A stretch of DNA of 64,000 nucleotides from an uncultured Gammaproteobacteria bacterium (GCA_905478855.1 CAJQKF010000023.1:110-64109); one strand, 5' to 3'; counted from the stretch's first letter, positions 51,667-61,295 are shown. The notes: a model not told the origin generated them from the sequence alone. Made by a program: numbers and translations.

Positions 51667-52605
51667 CTACGACCCACAACCTGGGCAATCAAGCTCAACC
51701 ACGCCTGGTTTCATAACGATCTCGGTACTAGTGCTGCCATTGTTGGTAGTATTGATAGTAATTTTTTTGTTGGGGCCAGTATCGTCGGTAATTTTGGCCT
51801 CAAAAAATGAAGAATATGGACAGCCAACTTGAGCCAGATCAGTAAAGTCATCTGTCATTGCGGCCACGCTCTCATGGCAGTCTACCTTAAATGGGTCGGC
51901 ATGAGCCGTGCCGATGATCCCTTCTAGTAAACTGGTGGGGGGGTCGGATACAGCTGTTCTGAAACCATCAAGTTGCATCTTGAATATTCCAGAAGAACTC
52001 AAGTTAGCTTTAGTAATATCTATTGAGGAGCCATTCGCATAGGCTGGTGCAATGAGGCCATCTAATAGTCCAACGAGTTCGCTACGATCATAATACCAAG
52101 TAGTAGGTGCAGCTGTAACACCACATCCACTGGAGCCTGCTGGAAAACCAGAATAATCTTCATCGTTCACTTTACCATCAACGCGAATAACAGCTCCTGA
52201 GTCATCATGTATCAACTCGCCAGAGATCCAATCGCCACCGTTAAAGTTGAAAAAGAACGCGTCGTCAACAACATTTCCATTGGGGTCGCCGATCAATTTT
52301 CCAGCGGTTGCAATCTCCACCTGAATATAACCCTTTCCACCCACTAGATTTTCGATTGTGAAATGAACGCAGCTACCGGTAAAGTCTGTGGCCGCATGAG
52401 CCGTGCCAATCACGGATTCGAGCAGCGACGCGTTACCAATGCCCACCGCACCTTGAAATCGAAGTTCGTCAAAAGTGGTTGTCTGTGCATGGGCAGGGAG
52501 TACCACTGATTCTACCAGCGGCTTAGATCACACTGCGGGGATAACGGTTGCCGCCGCACCTGTGGCGGTGAGGGTTTTAAGAAGTTTTCGACGACTGTCT
52601 TTCAT
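51667..52605 (-). pseudogene. Tat-signal secreted Cys-containing protein gene with an in-frame TGA after the signal n/h-region
   Basis: ATG 52605 encodes MKDSRRKLLKTLTATGAAATVIPAV. An in-frame TGA follows at 52528-52530. The same frame then reads SKPLVESVVLPAHAQTT... for 279 more codons, ending ...ELDCPGCGS*. Confidence 0.65.
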
Positions 52606-52767
52606 TGGTTATTTCCACGTTATTTTTACAGGTGGCTGTAGTCTAGTCTTTTCTTTAACAAAAAACACATCATGTGACGCTCAAATGTTAGTTTTGCCTA
52701 TTTACATCGCAAAGCGTTTTTACACGGCCTTTGTCCGCTGCGGGCAGTTTGCTAATGGTTTCCTTTG

Positions 52768-53385
52768 TTAGCGGGTAGCTACAACAGAAGGTCGATTTTT
52801 CCAGTAAATGTGGTGCCGCAGCAAATTGGCGTATTCGCGCTAGTCGATGGTCGTGTTCTCCAGAAAATCTAGAGCGCATATTGAATTGATATCCCGAACA
52901 GTAAATAGACCCGGCTTAAATCCCTCTGGCGTCACTCGTTTATTCAGCCAGTTCAAGCATGAGTGAACGCGTTCGCGATCACGTGCCCATACCCAGCCCC
53001 ATGGCTTGATATCGTTTGGGTCAAAGTTGCTCAGATCCATCAGGCAGACATTCACCCCGGCATTTAGGATTGTCTCAATAATAGTCAGCTCCATGCTATC
53101 GTTGAGGTTTAGTGTTCTGTTACCGCAAAGAGGTATTTTTCCAGCAGGTTTCATGTAGTAATTTGCCAGCAGGTATTCTTGAATCACATCGGACTCGAAG
53201 TAATACTGGCCATTATCGGTGAGCACAGAAACACGCATTGTCGGGTTAATATCTTTGAACTTTTCCGGAATAGTTTCGGGGTCGGTGATGATCTTCTCAT
53301 ACGCTAGTCCTAACTCCTCGAGCACGATAAATGCCTTTCGGCAGTATGGCGAAGACCCGGTTGCATTGTCGGTCATTTTTACCAT
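52768..53385 (-). pseudogene. Glutathione S-transferase-like gene with an in-frame TAG
   Basis: The N-terminal thioredoxin-fold motif is SSPYCRKAFIVLEELGLAYE. An in-frame TAG lies at 52840-52842. The same frame continues REYANLLRHHIYWKNRPSVVATR* (TAA 52768-52770), which is the usual GST C-terminal DW+..yPnL..w....RPS...T segment. Confidence 0.65.
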
Positions 53386-53662
53386 CTTCGTCTCCGTTTA
53401 TCATGGCTCATGGGTGCACCAGAATTGGTTCTGTCCGAGGGAAAAATAATTTGGCCTAATTGTAATTATTCAATATGGGTATCCAATATGTCCGAATCAG
53501 TATGGCACGGACGCCTGGCATTTCCCGTGCATTTCGAATTTCGCACGTATCATGACTGGTTACCACTTGTTGAGCGGTCCGTTCATAACGCCCAAACTGT
53601 GTAGCGTAGAGAGGGCATAACGCAGTTGCGTTCGAACCAGCGTCGGGTTAGCTATTTTAATA

Positions 53663-54226
53663 TCATTGCGTTTTTACGTGCGTTGAGCCCACCCGTAGTT
53701 TGATAATGGCGAAAAGCAGGAGTGCGAAGAATAGAGTTGTTAGTACGCTTTTAGCTATAGTAAATGCGCTAGACAAAATAACTTGGGCATTAGAAATATC
53801 GGGAAAATTCAAAATCATTAGCACAATTTGAATATTTTCTAGATAATCGAACATACCCGCAAAAATAGGAACAAAACAAAAATAGAAGATTCTTGAACTC
53901 TTCTCATTTCTTTTTAATAACAGCCAAGCCAATAGCAAAAACGAAGAAACAGAAAATAGTGCTGGGTAAATAAAGTCTAACGGGAGTTGGGTGTTTAGAT
54001 ATTCTTTTCTTCCTTCATCGCCAAGAGCAGAAAAAAATTTAATGGCATAATCGTAAGTGTATCCACTTGGCAATAAGTCAAATATTTTTATTCCAGGCGC
54101 GTAAGACTGGACACCTGGAATTGTGTAAAGCAACATCGCAACGTATACCGTAAGTGACGGAATAAGGAATATCAAGACGTTCCTGCCACTTGCGGCGGAT
54201 ACTGTTTTGTAAAAGAATCTAAGCAT
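53663..54226 (-). CDS. Hypothetical membrane protein
   Basis: 187 aa with about 5 TM helices. No family recognised. Confidence 0.5.
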   Translation of the reverse strand: MLRFFYKTVSAASGRNVLIFLIPSLTVYVAMLLYTIPGVQSYAPGIKIFDLLPSGYTYDYAIKFFSALGDEGRKEYLNTQLPLDFIYPALFSVSSFLLLAWLLLKRNEKSSRIFYFCFVPIFAGMFDYLENIQIVLMILNFPDISNAQVILSSAFTIAKSVLTTLFFALLLFAIIKLRVGSTHVKTQ

Positions 54227-54336
54227 ACCTGTTGAGTCTACTATTACTACCTTTACCGCTACGACGTATCAAACGCGATGCCGTAAGTAGTTGAAATATC
54301 AATTTTCGATGATGATTAGGCACCGTCATTTATGGT

Positions 54337-55386
54337 TTAGTACGCATAGTAAAGCGAAATAAGCATGCCGACATAAATTAACAGTACCAGCCAAGAATCT
54401 AAACCTGCGCCTAACCAAGTTGGTGTTCTCCTGATTAGAATCCCGACTACGTAGATACTCGTTACAACGATTCCAATTGCGATGCTGAACTGAGCAACAG
54501 GATCAGCCTGTGACAGAATGGGGCCGCTGCGGTAGGCTATATCCGATGGCAAGATTAACGCCAGCATTATTAGGTTGCTGCCAAAAATATTGGATATTGC
54601 CATCGTGTAAGCGCCAAGGCGTGCGGCTGCCAAAGTCGTGCTGAGTTCTGGAAGCGATGTGGCGGCTGCAAGTAAGGTAATGCCAATGAAGGACGATCCT
54701 AATGCACTTTTCTCCGCGATTGAATCGGCTGTAATTGCGAGCGCTACGCCTGCAATTAAAATAACTAAACTTGCAAAAGCAGCATAAAAAATCAACGATT
54801 TCGTTGATTTTTTTTCCAAACGATTGTCAATAAGCAGTATTCCCGCTACTTGCTCACTATCTCCGGGCAAATCTATTGGTGCCCAACTGTCTTTTCCGTC
54901 AAACTTTCGTAGCATAGCAATGACGATCGGGTAGCATGCGGATAGAAAAATCGCTCCTAAACCTATGTTCAGTACCAGTGCTATATCGCCAATAAAAGTG
55001 ATGGCTAGTAACATCGCCAATAAGACGATCAGCAGCACCGCAAGTAGAGCATGATTGGGTTTTCTAGGCCAAGAAGTTAGGGCATGTCGTACAACAAATA
55101 AGTCGATTACAGCCAATATAGCCGTATTCATTGTAATGCCACCGAACAAGTTACCGAGAACGAGTGACGCGTTGCCACTTACCGCCGCAGTAACCGTCGT
55201 CACAATCTCAGGCAACTCTGTAACTGTCGCTAGGAAAATAAGACCTATGAATTCGCGCGATAGCCCTAAACGTTCCGACAATTCGTCGCCGTACATAGCA
55301 AGCCTTGTTCCTGCCACCCATACACATACGGCGGAAATCCCGAAGATTGCCGTAATTTCGAAAAAAGCAAGATCATTCAAAGTCAT
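54337..55386 (-). CDS. Sodium/calcium exchanger (CaCA) family membrane protein
   Basis: 349 aa in two homologous halves, each carrying an alpha-repeat-like motif: GLIFLATVTELPEIVTTV and GITLLAAATSLPELSTTL. Confidence 0.75.
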   Translation of the reverse strand: MTLNDLAFFEITAIFGISAVCVWVAGTRLAMYGDELSERLGLSREFIGLIFLATVTELPEIVTTVTAAVSGNASLVLGNLFGGITMNTAILAVIDLFVVRHALTSWPRKPNHALLAVLLIVLLAMLLAITFIGDIALVLNIGLGAIFLSACYPIVIAMLRKFDGKDSWAPIDLPGDSEQVAGILLIDNRLEKKSTKSLIFYAAFASLVILIAGVALAITADSIAEKSALGSSFIGITLLAAATSLPELSTTLAAARLGAYTMAISNIFGSNLIMLALILPSDIAYRSGPILSQADPVAQFSIAIGIVVTSIYVVGILIRRTPTWLGAGLDSWLVLLIYVGMLISLYYAY

Positions 55387-55571
55387 AGAACATTGTATAT
55401 GCCAGTGAGTGAAGTTGAATTGTAATGAGTGATTTTCTTTTAGGTACCATTAGCACTAAATAATCCGCCTCGACTCGCCAGGCCCGTATAACGTTCTTTT
55501 AGAGTGCCCAGGGCGTTGATGACATTTCATAGAGACAGGTAATATAAGGTAGGCTGCGTATGTGCTGCACA

Positions 55572-56819
55572 TCAGCCTAATATAAGCCCTGCTAGCAGCA
55601 AGGCTGTACAAGCAGCAATGCCGGCGTACGGCACCCAAACTGAAACAACAAATGTTCCTTCCGGGGCGGCCTTGTCTTCTTTCTTAATCTGGATGAGCGC
55701 TGCACAAACCAAGACGAAAATTGCAAGCGTTATTGCCGAAGTCCATTCGGCAAGTCTATTAATTGGGAATGCTATAGCCAATCCGAGCACAAGTACAATC
55801 GAAAAAACAGTAGCAACGATCGGTGTGTTCGTCTTCGAATTGATCCTGGCCAATATCTTAGGCAGTGAACCACGGTTCGCCAAGCCATAGAATACTCTGG
55901 ACGACATGATGAGCTGAACAATTATTCCGTTCACGGTGGCAACAATCGCTATCAAGGTGATAATCAGAGGCGAAAAGGCAGTGGTCTTTTCAAAGACGAC
56001 TGCGAGCGGGGCTTTATGCCCGGTTATATCTGAAATTGGCACGGCTGCCAGCGCTGCTAGTATTACCGCTACATAGATAATGATAGTCAAAAACAAGGTG
56101 ATGAATATCCCTCTAGATAAGGTCTTTTGGGGATTGATCGTCTCTTCCGCAATTGAATCAATGTCCTCAAAACCTATGAAGGCAAAGAAAGCTAGCAAGC
56201 TGGAGGCGGCGATCCCACTCCAAAGCACCGGCGACATAGTCGTTGGTACGGCTTTGATCGCCTGCGCTCCAAGGTCATTACCTGCCCACATCGAGCCGAT
56301 AACAATGGCTAAAAGACCACCAACTTCAATAATCGTTAGCAGCCCGGCCATTGCTATTGAGTTTCGAATTTCAACGCCTGAGATAATTCCTGTTGATATT
56401 ATCACCATAATCAAAATCGCAGTGATCGGCCAATCGAGCAACTGAGAAATATATCCGACCGCCCCGTGAGCAATAGCCGCTGATGAAATTAAACCTACTA
56501 TGGCCACGGCGAGCCCAACGAGTAAAAATAACTTAGGTGATTTAAAACCGGTTCCGACAAAATGCGCCTCTGCAGCTGCATAGGGCATCCTTCCGGTTAG
56601 TTCAGCGAAGCAAGCCGCCGGAAACAACATAACTAAACCTGCAATAACAAATGAGACTGGAGCAAAATTGCCCGAGCGGGTAATAACTTCACCGAGCAGA
56701 ACATAAATCCCGGCACCGACAGTAACACCTAGACCGTACAGAACAATATAGGGTAGCGTTAGGGTGCGCTTCAGACTGCGTGTTGGGGGCTGCTCTATAT
56801 GTATTTGAGGTTCACTCAT
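55572..56819 (-). CDS. APC-superfamily amino acid permease
   Basis: 415 aa with about 12 TM helices. The N-terminus YIVLYGLGVTVGAGIYVLLGEV is typical of APC permeases. Confidence 0.75.
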   Translation of the reverse strand: MSEPQIHIEQPPTRSLKRTLTLPYIVLYGLGVTVGAGIYVLLGEVITRSGNFAPVSFVIAGLVMLFPAACFAELTGRMPYAAAEAHFVGTGFKSPKLFLLVGLAVAIVGLISSAAIAHGAVGYISQLLDWPITAILIMVIISTGIISGVEIRNSIAMAGLLTIIEVGGLLAIVIGSMWAGNDLGAQAIKAVPTTMSPVLWSGIAASSLLAFFAFIGFEDIDSIAEETINPQKTLSRGIFITLFLTIIIYVAVILAALAAVPISDITGHKAPLAVVFEKTTAFSPLIITLIAIVATVNGIIVQLIMSSRVFYGLANRGSLPKILARINSKTNTPIVATVFSIVLVLGLAIAFPINRLAEWTSAITLAIFVLVCAALIQIKKEDKAAPEGTFVVSVWVPYAGIAACTALLLAGLILG

Positions 56820-57178
56820 GGCCTATAACCTAAATCGTTGATTATTACGTAACGTACCTTAAGTAAGTATACGTGCTGGCTAATATTTGATATTTTTGCA
56901 AGCTTTTCGATCTTCGTATTGCCTTAAAAATATTCATTTAACTCGGTTAAATCTGGAAGATACAATCACATTATAGGTATATTACAGAAAATCAACAGAT
57001 TAATCATCTGGGTTTAGTTTTCGAATGGCGTACTATATACAATAATAGTGCTTGCCAGACTCGCTGGATAAACTATCGATTCATTAACGGCTACTTGGGT
57101 TATGTTTTGTTTGTTATAACGTAACGTTAACCGTGGCTGTACTAAGCAAATATGCTTCCTTACCTGCTCAGTATATTC

Positions 57179-57430
57179 TCATTCTAGAATGGTTTTTTCT
57201 GTCTTTTCAATAACCAAAGTGATCTCTGTGCGGGATGTTAAATTCAAAGAATTGTCATCCGACTCGTAATCGAGGGATCTTACTTTTACCGTAAAGTTCG
57301 CTTTCATGGTTTTCGTTAGGGCGTCGGCAATAATTTTCTCGACTTGGTGTGCGCTTAAGAATTTTAAATCATTATCAAAACTAGAATCGTGCTCAGGAAT
57401 GATGAAGTGGTTATTCTGTTCGTTTTTCAT
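57179..57430 (-). CDS. Hypothetical protein
   Basis: 83-aa ORF, acidic, with no family recognised. Confidence 0.35.
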   Translation of the reverse strand: MKNEQNNHFIIPEHDSSFDNDLKFLSAHQVEKIIADALTKTMKANFTVKVRSLDYESDDNSLNLTSRTEITLVIEKTEKTILE

Positions 57431-57486
57431 AACTCTTGTTGCCTCATGTCTTTAATAAGATATGTTAATTCGATTATACTCGGATT

Positions 57487-57714
57487 ATGAAAATTTCTAT
57501 TCCATGGCACGAACTGGGCTCAGAAGCACTGGAAGCATTGCTTCAAGATATTGTAACTCGTGACGGTACCGACTATGGTTCGATTGAAGTCAGCACCGAG
57601 CAGAAGATCAAACAGGCACTTCAATCGTTAAAAAGTGGTAAAAGCTTATTACTTTGGGATGGCGATCTGGAATCCGCCAACCTTGTGGAGAAAGAGGCCT
57701 TTCCTGAAAATTAG
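57487..57714 (+). CDS. yheU: YheU-family protein (UPF0270)
   Basis: 75 aa, with MKISIPWHELGSEALEALLQDIVTRDGTDYG..E.S.EQKI.Q....L.SG. Confidence 0.7.
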   Translation: MKISIPWHELGSEALEALLQDIVTRDGTDYGSIEVSTEQKIKQALQSLKSGKSLLLWDGDLESANLVEKEAFPEN

Positions 57715-57722
57715 GCCAGCTG

Positions 57723-58019
57723 CTAATCAGTAGGCCACCCGTTATAACCGCCGTTTAAGCTAAACGAACGCCGAAAACCCGCATTAAAAAAGTGTTCTGC
57801 TGCGTTTTTACTCATATTGCCTCGATAACAACAAACAATAAGCGGACGCTCTTTATTAGCGTTGTTGATAAAATCCTGAGCATTACTTTCGTCTACACGG
57901 ATTGCATTCTCAATATGTCCGTCTTCATACGATTCAGCGTCCCTGATATCGATAACGATAGCATTTTCGTCTGCAATTAACGCCTTTGCTTCTTGGGAAT
58001 CGATGGTTTTAAAATTCAC
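57723..58019 (-). CDS. glpE: Rhodanese-domain thiosulfate sulfurtransferase, GlpE-like
   Basis: 98 aa with VIDIRD..S...GHI and the active-site loop CCYRGNMS. Confidence 0.75.
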   Translation of the reverse strand: MNFKTIDSQEAKALIADENAIVIDIRDAESYEDGHIENAIRVDESNAQDFINNANKERPLIVCCYRGNMSKNAAEHFFNAGFRRSFSLNGGYNGWPTD

Positions 58020-58088
58020 TATTTCTGCCTTTGTTTATTGAATGGTGTGAAAGTTCCTAGTCAGTGTATTTACCAGTAATACGAATGA

Positions 58089-58373
58089 CTACCCTTCTGC
58101 AATAATTAGTTCACGGTCGTAGGCTTTATGGGCATAACTCATTGCCTGTTTATACTCTTCGTCTTCATAGCATTTCAAAGCGTCATCGTAGGTTGGAAAT
58201 TCCACAATTAGCACTCTGGGAAAATCTTCCCCTTCTATGCAGTTTATTTGTCCCTTACCGGCGATAATTTTAGCGCCAAAACGATCGGCAATGGCTCCCC
58301 AAAGTGTCCCATAGGTGGCTAACGCCTCAGCATCTTTTATTGAACCACCGCGAACTATCCAGTAACCAGCCAT
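58089..58373 (-). CDS. DUF1330-family protein
   Basis: 94 aa, with MAGYWIVRG.I.D.E....Y...W..IA..FGAKI.A......EGED..R..IVEFP.YD.A..CY....Y. Confidence 0.6.
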   Translation of the reverse strand: MAGYWIVRGGSIKDAEALATYGTLWGAIADRFGAKIIAGKGQINCIEGEDFPRVLIVEFPTYDDALKCYEDEEYKQAMSYAHKAYDRELIIAEG

Positions 58374-58384
58374 TGAAAAACCCT

Positions 58385-59086
58385 CTATTTTTGTGACACA
58401 AGTTTAACAGTATAATGTGTTTTTTGTTTCTTATTACGACGCCCAAATATGGACAAGTTGAACCAATCTTTCCCCGCTACAATATAGGGCACATCCCCAT
58501 TGTTGCCAAACCATGAATCGACCACAAATGGATTTCCGGTACTGTTCTCAATCAATTGTCCTGCCCAATGTTGATCGAGTAAAGCCCGTCGATAGGCGCG
58601 ATCTGCGACTGTATGATGCCGTAGCAGATCATTTTGTTGAAATAGTGTCAAATAGGTCGTGGTGTTAATAGCCTCATCTACGCAGTCCAGTTGGCCTTCT
58701 AATGACGCGAGATTATCGGTTAACGATCCTGAATTTCGCTTAACATCCCTGTAGGTTGGTGTATGTTTTCCGCTCATAATTTCCATTAAACCGACTGCGC
58801 GCTTAATTTGCTGGCGTTCTTCTGCAGGTGCTACGGCTAGTGGAAAAAATTGATTTCGTACTGCTCTCCATTCATTTATAGTGAGATTAACGGTGGACTC
58901 AAATTGGCATGAGAAACCGTGACAAACGTCAAAAGTTATGGGAGCCGATGCTGATTGTCTTGAATCTGATGCATGTAACGGGCTAATTGACAGGCCAAAC
59001 ATCATGCTGATAAGGGACGTTATCATTAGTTTTAAACGGTACTTTAGGAGAGCATTCTCGGAAAATAAACGGTATTTCGCGCGCAT
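58385..59086 (-). CDS. Secreted hypothetical protein
   Basis: 233 aa with a signal-like segment MITSLISMMFGLSISPLHA. No family recognised. Confidence 0.45.
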   Translation of the reverse strand: MRAKYRLFSENALLKYRLKLMITSLISMMFGLSISPLHASDSRQSASAPITFDVCHGFSCQFESTVNLTINEWRAVRNQFFPLAVAPAEERQQIKRAVGLMEIMSGKHTPTYRDVKRNSGSLTDNLASLEGQLDCVDEAINTTTYLTLFQQNDLLRHHTVADRAYRRALLDQHWAGQLIENSTGNPFVVDSWFGNNGDVPYIVAGKDWFNLSIFGRRNKKQKTHYTVKLVSQK

Positions 59087-59146
59087 TCTAAATAAATTTT
59101 GTCAGGCTAAAAAGCAAAGTGATATCGTAAAATAACTCAACTAACA

Positions 59147-60148
59147 TTATGGAACGTGTTTGAGCGTGATATCTCGTGTTAAACATCGAGCAAACAGCGA
59201 ACTGTCTACGTTTCCACCCGAACATATTACAATCGTGGTTTTATTGGTTACATCGACATTACTCGATATTACTGCAGCGAGTGCAACTGCGCCACCCGGT
59301 TCGACCACTATATTGAAATGCTCAAAAGCAACTTTCATGGCGTTCAGAACCTGCGCATCCGTTACACATATTCCGCGTGATAAATGCTTTTCATTTATCT
59401 GATACGTTAGCTCACCTGGTGTAGGGGTAATGATTGCGTCGCAAATTGAGGAGTTTCCGGGATCATTACTAACCCTTACCCCAGACTCCAATGAGCGCAA
59501 GGTATCGTCAAAGCCCTCTGGTTCGCATGAGAAAATTTTGCAGTCGGGAAAGTGCTGATGAGTGGCGAGGGAAATTCCAGCAATTAGCCCTCCTCCACCA
59601 CACGGTGATAATAATTGAACAGGTTTAACCGCTATGTCGTTAAGATCCCGGCAAATTTCGATACCTACTGTGCCTTGACCGGCGATGACATAAGGATCGT
59701 CATAGGGTTTTATTAAAATTGCGCCAGTTTCTTCGGAAATAGCTTGACCCAATTTTTCTCTCGATTCCGATTGAATATCATATTCAATAACGGTCGCGCC
59801 ATATTCCTTTGTTTTTTGCTTTTTTACCGCCGGGGCTGTATTTGGCATTATTATAGTTGCTGAAATACCGAAAAGCTGAGCGGCGTGTGCGACCCCCTGA
59901 GCGTGATTACCCGACGAATACGCGACAACGCCATTTTTTAGTTTATTTTGTTCAATATTGGAAATTTTATTAAACGCACCGCGAAATTTGAACGACCCGG
60001 TGCGTTGTAAGCATTCTGGTTTGATTAAAATCCGACCACCGAGAGCTTCATTAAGCAAAGATGACTCTAAAAGTGGTGTGTTAATTGAGTTTTTGCGCAA
60101 CAATTTTTCCGCATTTTCAATATCGCTATAGATTGGCAAATGATTCAT
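59147..60148 (-). CDS. PLP-dependent threonine/serine dehydratase family enzyme
   Basis: 333 aa with the PLP-lysine motif TGSFKFRGA, plus SSGNHAQGVA and SPCGGGGLIAG. Confidence 0.8.
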   Translation of the reverse strand: MNHLPIYSDIENAEKLLRKNSINTPLLESSLLNEALGGRILIKPECLQRTGSFKFRGAFNKISNIEQNKLKNGVVAYSSGNHAQGVAHAAQLFGISATIIMPNTAPAVKKQKTKEYGATVIEYDIQSESREKLGQAISEETGAILIKPYDDPYVIAGQGTVGIEICRDLNDIAVKPVQLLSPCGGGGLIAGISLATHQHFPDCKIFSCEPEGFDDTLRSLESGVRVSNDPGNSSICDAIITPTPGELTYQINEKHLSRGICVTDAQVLNAMKVAFEHFNIVVEPGGAVALAAVISSNVDVTNKTTIVICSGGNVDSSLFARCLTRDITLKHVP

Positions 60149-60404
60149 TGGTTTGTGATTCGATATAAGTTAAGCGTAAAGGATAAAACGGATGCATGTT
60201 TAAGATGGACTATTATATTCTTAAATTGCAGAATAATAAGTAAATACTAATCAATCGATAATTTTAAGAGGTGTTTATTCGATAAAATCTTTTGTTTTTA
60301 ACAAGATTTGATGTTTTTTTAATTGACTGGATCAACTACACTGTTAGACAATTAATGTCATGGAATTCACTCCTCAACCTAATTAATTATTCGGAAATAA
60401 TACA

Positions 60405-60920
60405 ATGGCAACATCTAAAGACCTTACTGAGAGCTCTGGCGATAATAATTCAACACCGACTATTCGCAGTGGTGGAAGCGATAGCGGTAAGAAATCTGCT
60501 TCAATTGGACCATCGATTACCATACATGGGGATGTGACAGGAGAAGAAGATCTTATTGTTGCTGGTACTATTGAAGGTACAGTTAACTTAAAAGAAAACA
60601 ATCTGGTTATAGATGAGAATGGTCATGTAATGGCTAACATCACAGCACGAGTAATTCGGGTTGAGGGCGAAGTTAAAGGTGAATTACGTGCGAGCGAGAA
60701 AGTTGTAATTAAGCCTACGGGCAATGTAAATGGTGATATTCGATCGCCTCGAGTGGTTCTTGAAGATGGAAGTCAATTTAAAGGCTCTATCGATATGGAA
60801 TCTGACAAGCCGTCTTTAGGCTCTGACCGTGGACACCCACCGCGACTTCGTCCAGCATCACCTCGTCCGGTTCGTCCTGGTCGAGATAAATTAGATAGCA
60901 CCGATAAACTGTCGAATTAA
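60405..60920 (+). CDS. Bactofilin (polymer-forming cytoskeletal protein)
   Basis: 171 aa. The central beta-helical repeat is I.G.V.G.EDL.V.G.IEG.V.......I...G.V.A.I.A..I.V.G.V.G.L......VI...G.V.GDI.....V.EDG..F.G.I.M. The C-terminus is P/R-rich. Confidence 0.75.
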   Translation: MATSKDLTESSGDNNSTPTIRSGGSDSGKKSASIGPSITIHGDVTGEEDLIVAGTIEGTVNLKENNLVIDENGHVMANITARVIRVEGEVKGELRASEKVVIKPTGNVNGDIRSPRVVLEDGSQFKGSIDMESDKPSLGSDRGHPPRLRPASPRPVRPGRDKLDSTDKLSN

Positions 60921-60941
60921 TATTCTTAAGCTGTATCTGTT

Positions 60942-60970
60942 AAAAGGCTGCTGTTAAGCAGCCTTTTTTT
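60942..60970 (+). terminator. Rho-independent terminator after the bactofilin gene
   Basis: GGCTGC (60946-60951) pairs with GCAGCC (58-63) across a 6-nt loop, followed by TTTTTTT (60964-60970). Confidence 0.8.
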
Positions 60971-60978
60971 GTTAAAGC

Positions 60979-61098
60979 TTAAACCAGCAATATCCCCAGT
61001 AAAATTAGACAAAAACTTGTCAATAACGCGACTGCAACGCTGTAAGCACCAAGAGACGCCCATGTTTCAAGCTGACTCGGCTGACGTGACTTTGTCAT
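60979..61098 (-). CDS. Possible 39-aa small membrane peptide (not in the ORF track)
   Basis: ATG 61098 overlaps the TGA of the upstream 66-aa ORF (ATGA). The product is MTKSRQPSQLETWASLGAYSVAVALLTSFCLILLGILLV*, with one TM helix. TAA at 60979-60981. Confidence 0.3.
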   Translation of the reverse strand: MTKSRQPSQLETWASLGAYSVAVALLTSFCLILLGILLV

Positions 61099-61295
61099 AT
61101 TGATGCATCTCCTTTTCTCTTTGATAGATCTCTATGTTGCGCTTTCTTATCGCTTATTGAGTTTTTATCGCTTTTTGTGGATGCTGGGTTCGAAATAATA
61201 CAGTCTGGATTGAAGGCTACAAGTGGCCCGCGTATTTTTTCGGGGTGATTGAAAATCATATCATCAGATAGCGGTACAAAAACGTAGGTAGTCAT
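61095..61295 (-). CDS. Hypothetical 66-aa protein
   Basis: The ORF has a basic C-terminus and is translationally coupled to the 39-aa ORF. No family recognised. Confidence 0.35.
   Translation of the reverse strand: MTTYVFVPLSDDMIFNHPEKIRGPLVAFNPDCIISNPASTKSDKNSISDKKAQHRDLSKRKGDASI

Noticed and set aside
52528-52530. TGA in the Tat-signal protein as a selenocysteine codon
   Set aside because: The codon lies in the signal peptide upstream of the AHA|Q cleavage site, so the residue would be removed. The position looks like a conserved Trp. The downstream hairpin (CCGCUG-GUAGAAU-CAGUGG) is short, starts only 6 nt after the UGA and lacks SECIS-like features. No sel genes are in the window.
37895-52842. 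A-to-I mRNA editing rescuing UAG/UGA to UGG (Trp)
   Set aside because: This is attractive because two stops sit at Trp positions. However, bacterial TadA-type editing needs a UACG loop context, which is absent at all sites. The fimU-like TAG replaces Gln, not Trp.
51220-56819. Genomic island integrated at tRNA-Asn
   Set aside because: There is no integrase or transposase, and no convincing direct repeat of the tRNA 3' end. The closest match, GCAGTTGCGTTCGAACC near 53620-53640, is weak. The genes are ordinary transporters and enzymes. A 47-codon stop-bounded open stretch on the minus strand (51324-51464) looks protein-like but is too short to call.
56846-57128. Shared palindromic 9-mer ACGTAACGT at 56846-56856 and 57118-57128 as a regulator site in the permease upstream region
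   Set aside because: My rough estimate is that a 9-mer repeat within a 360-bp AT-rich spacer is not unlikely by chance. The second copy lies downstream of a different gene.
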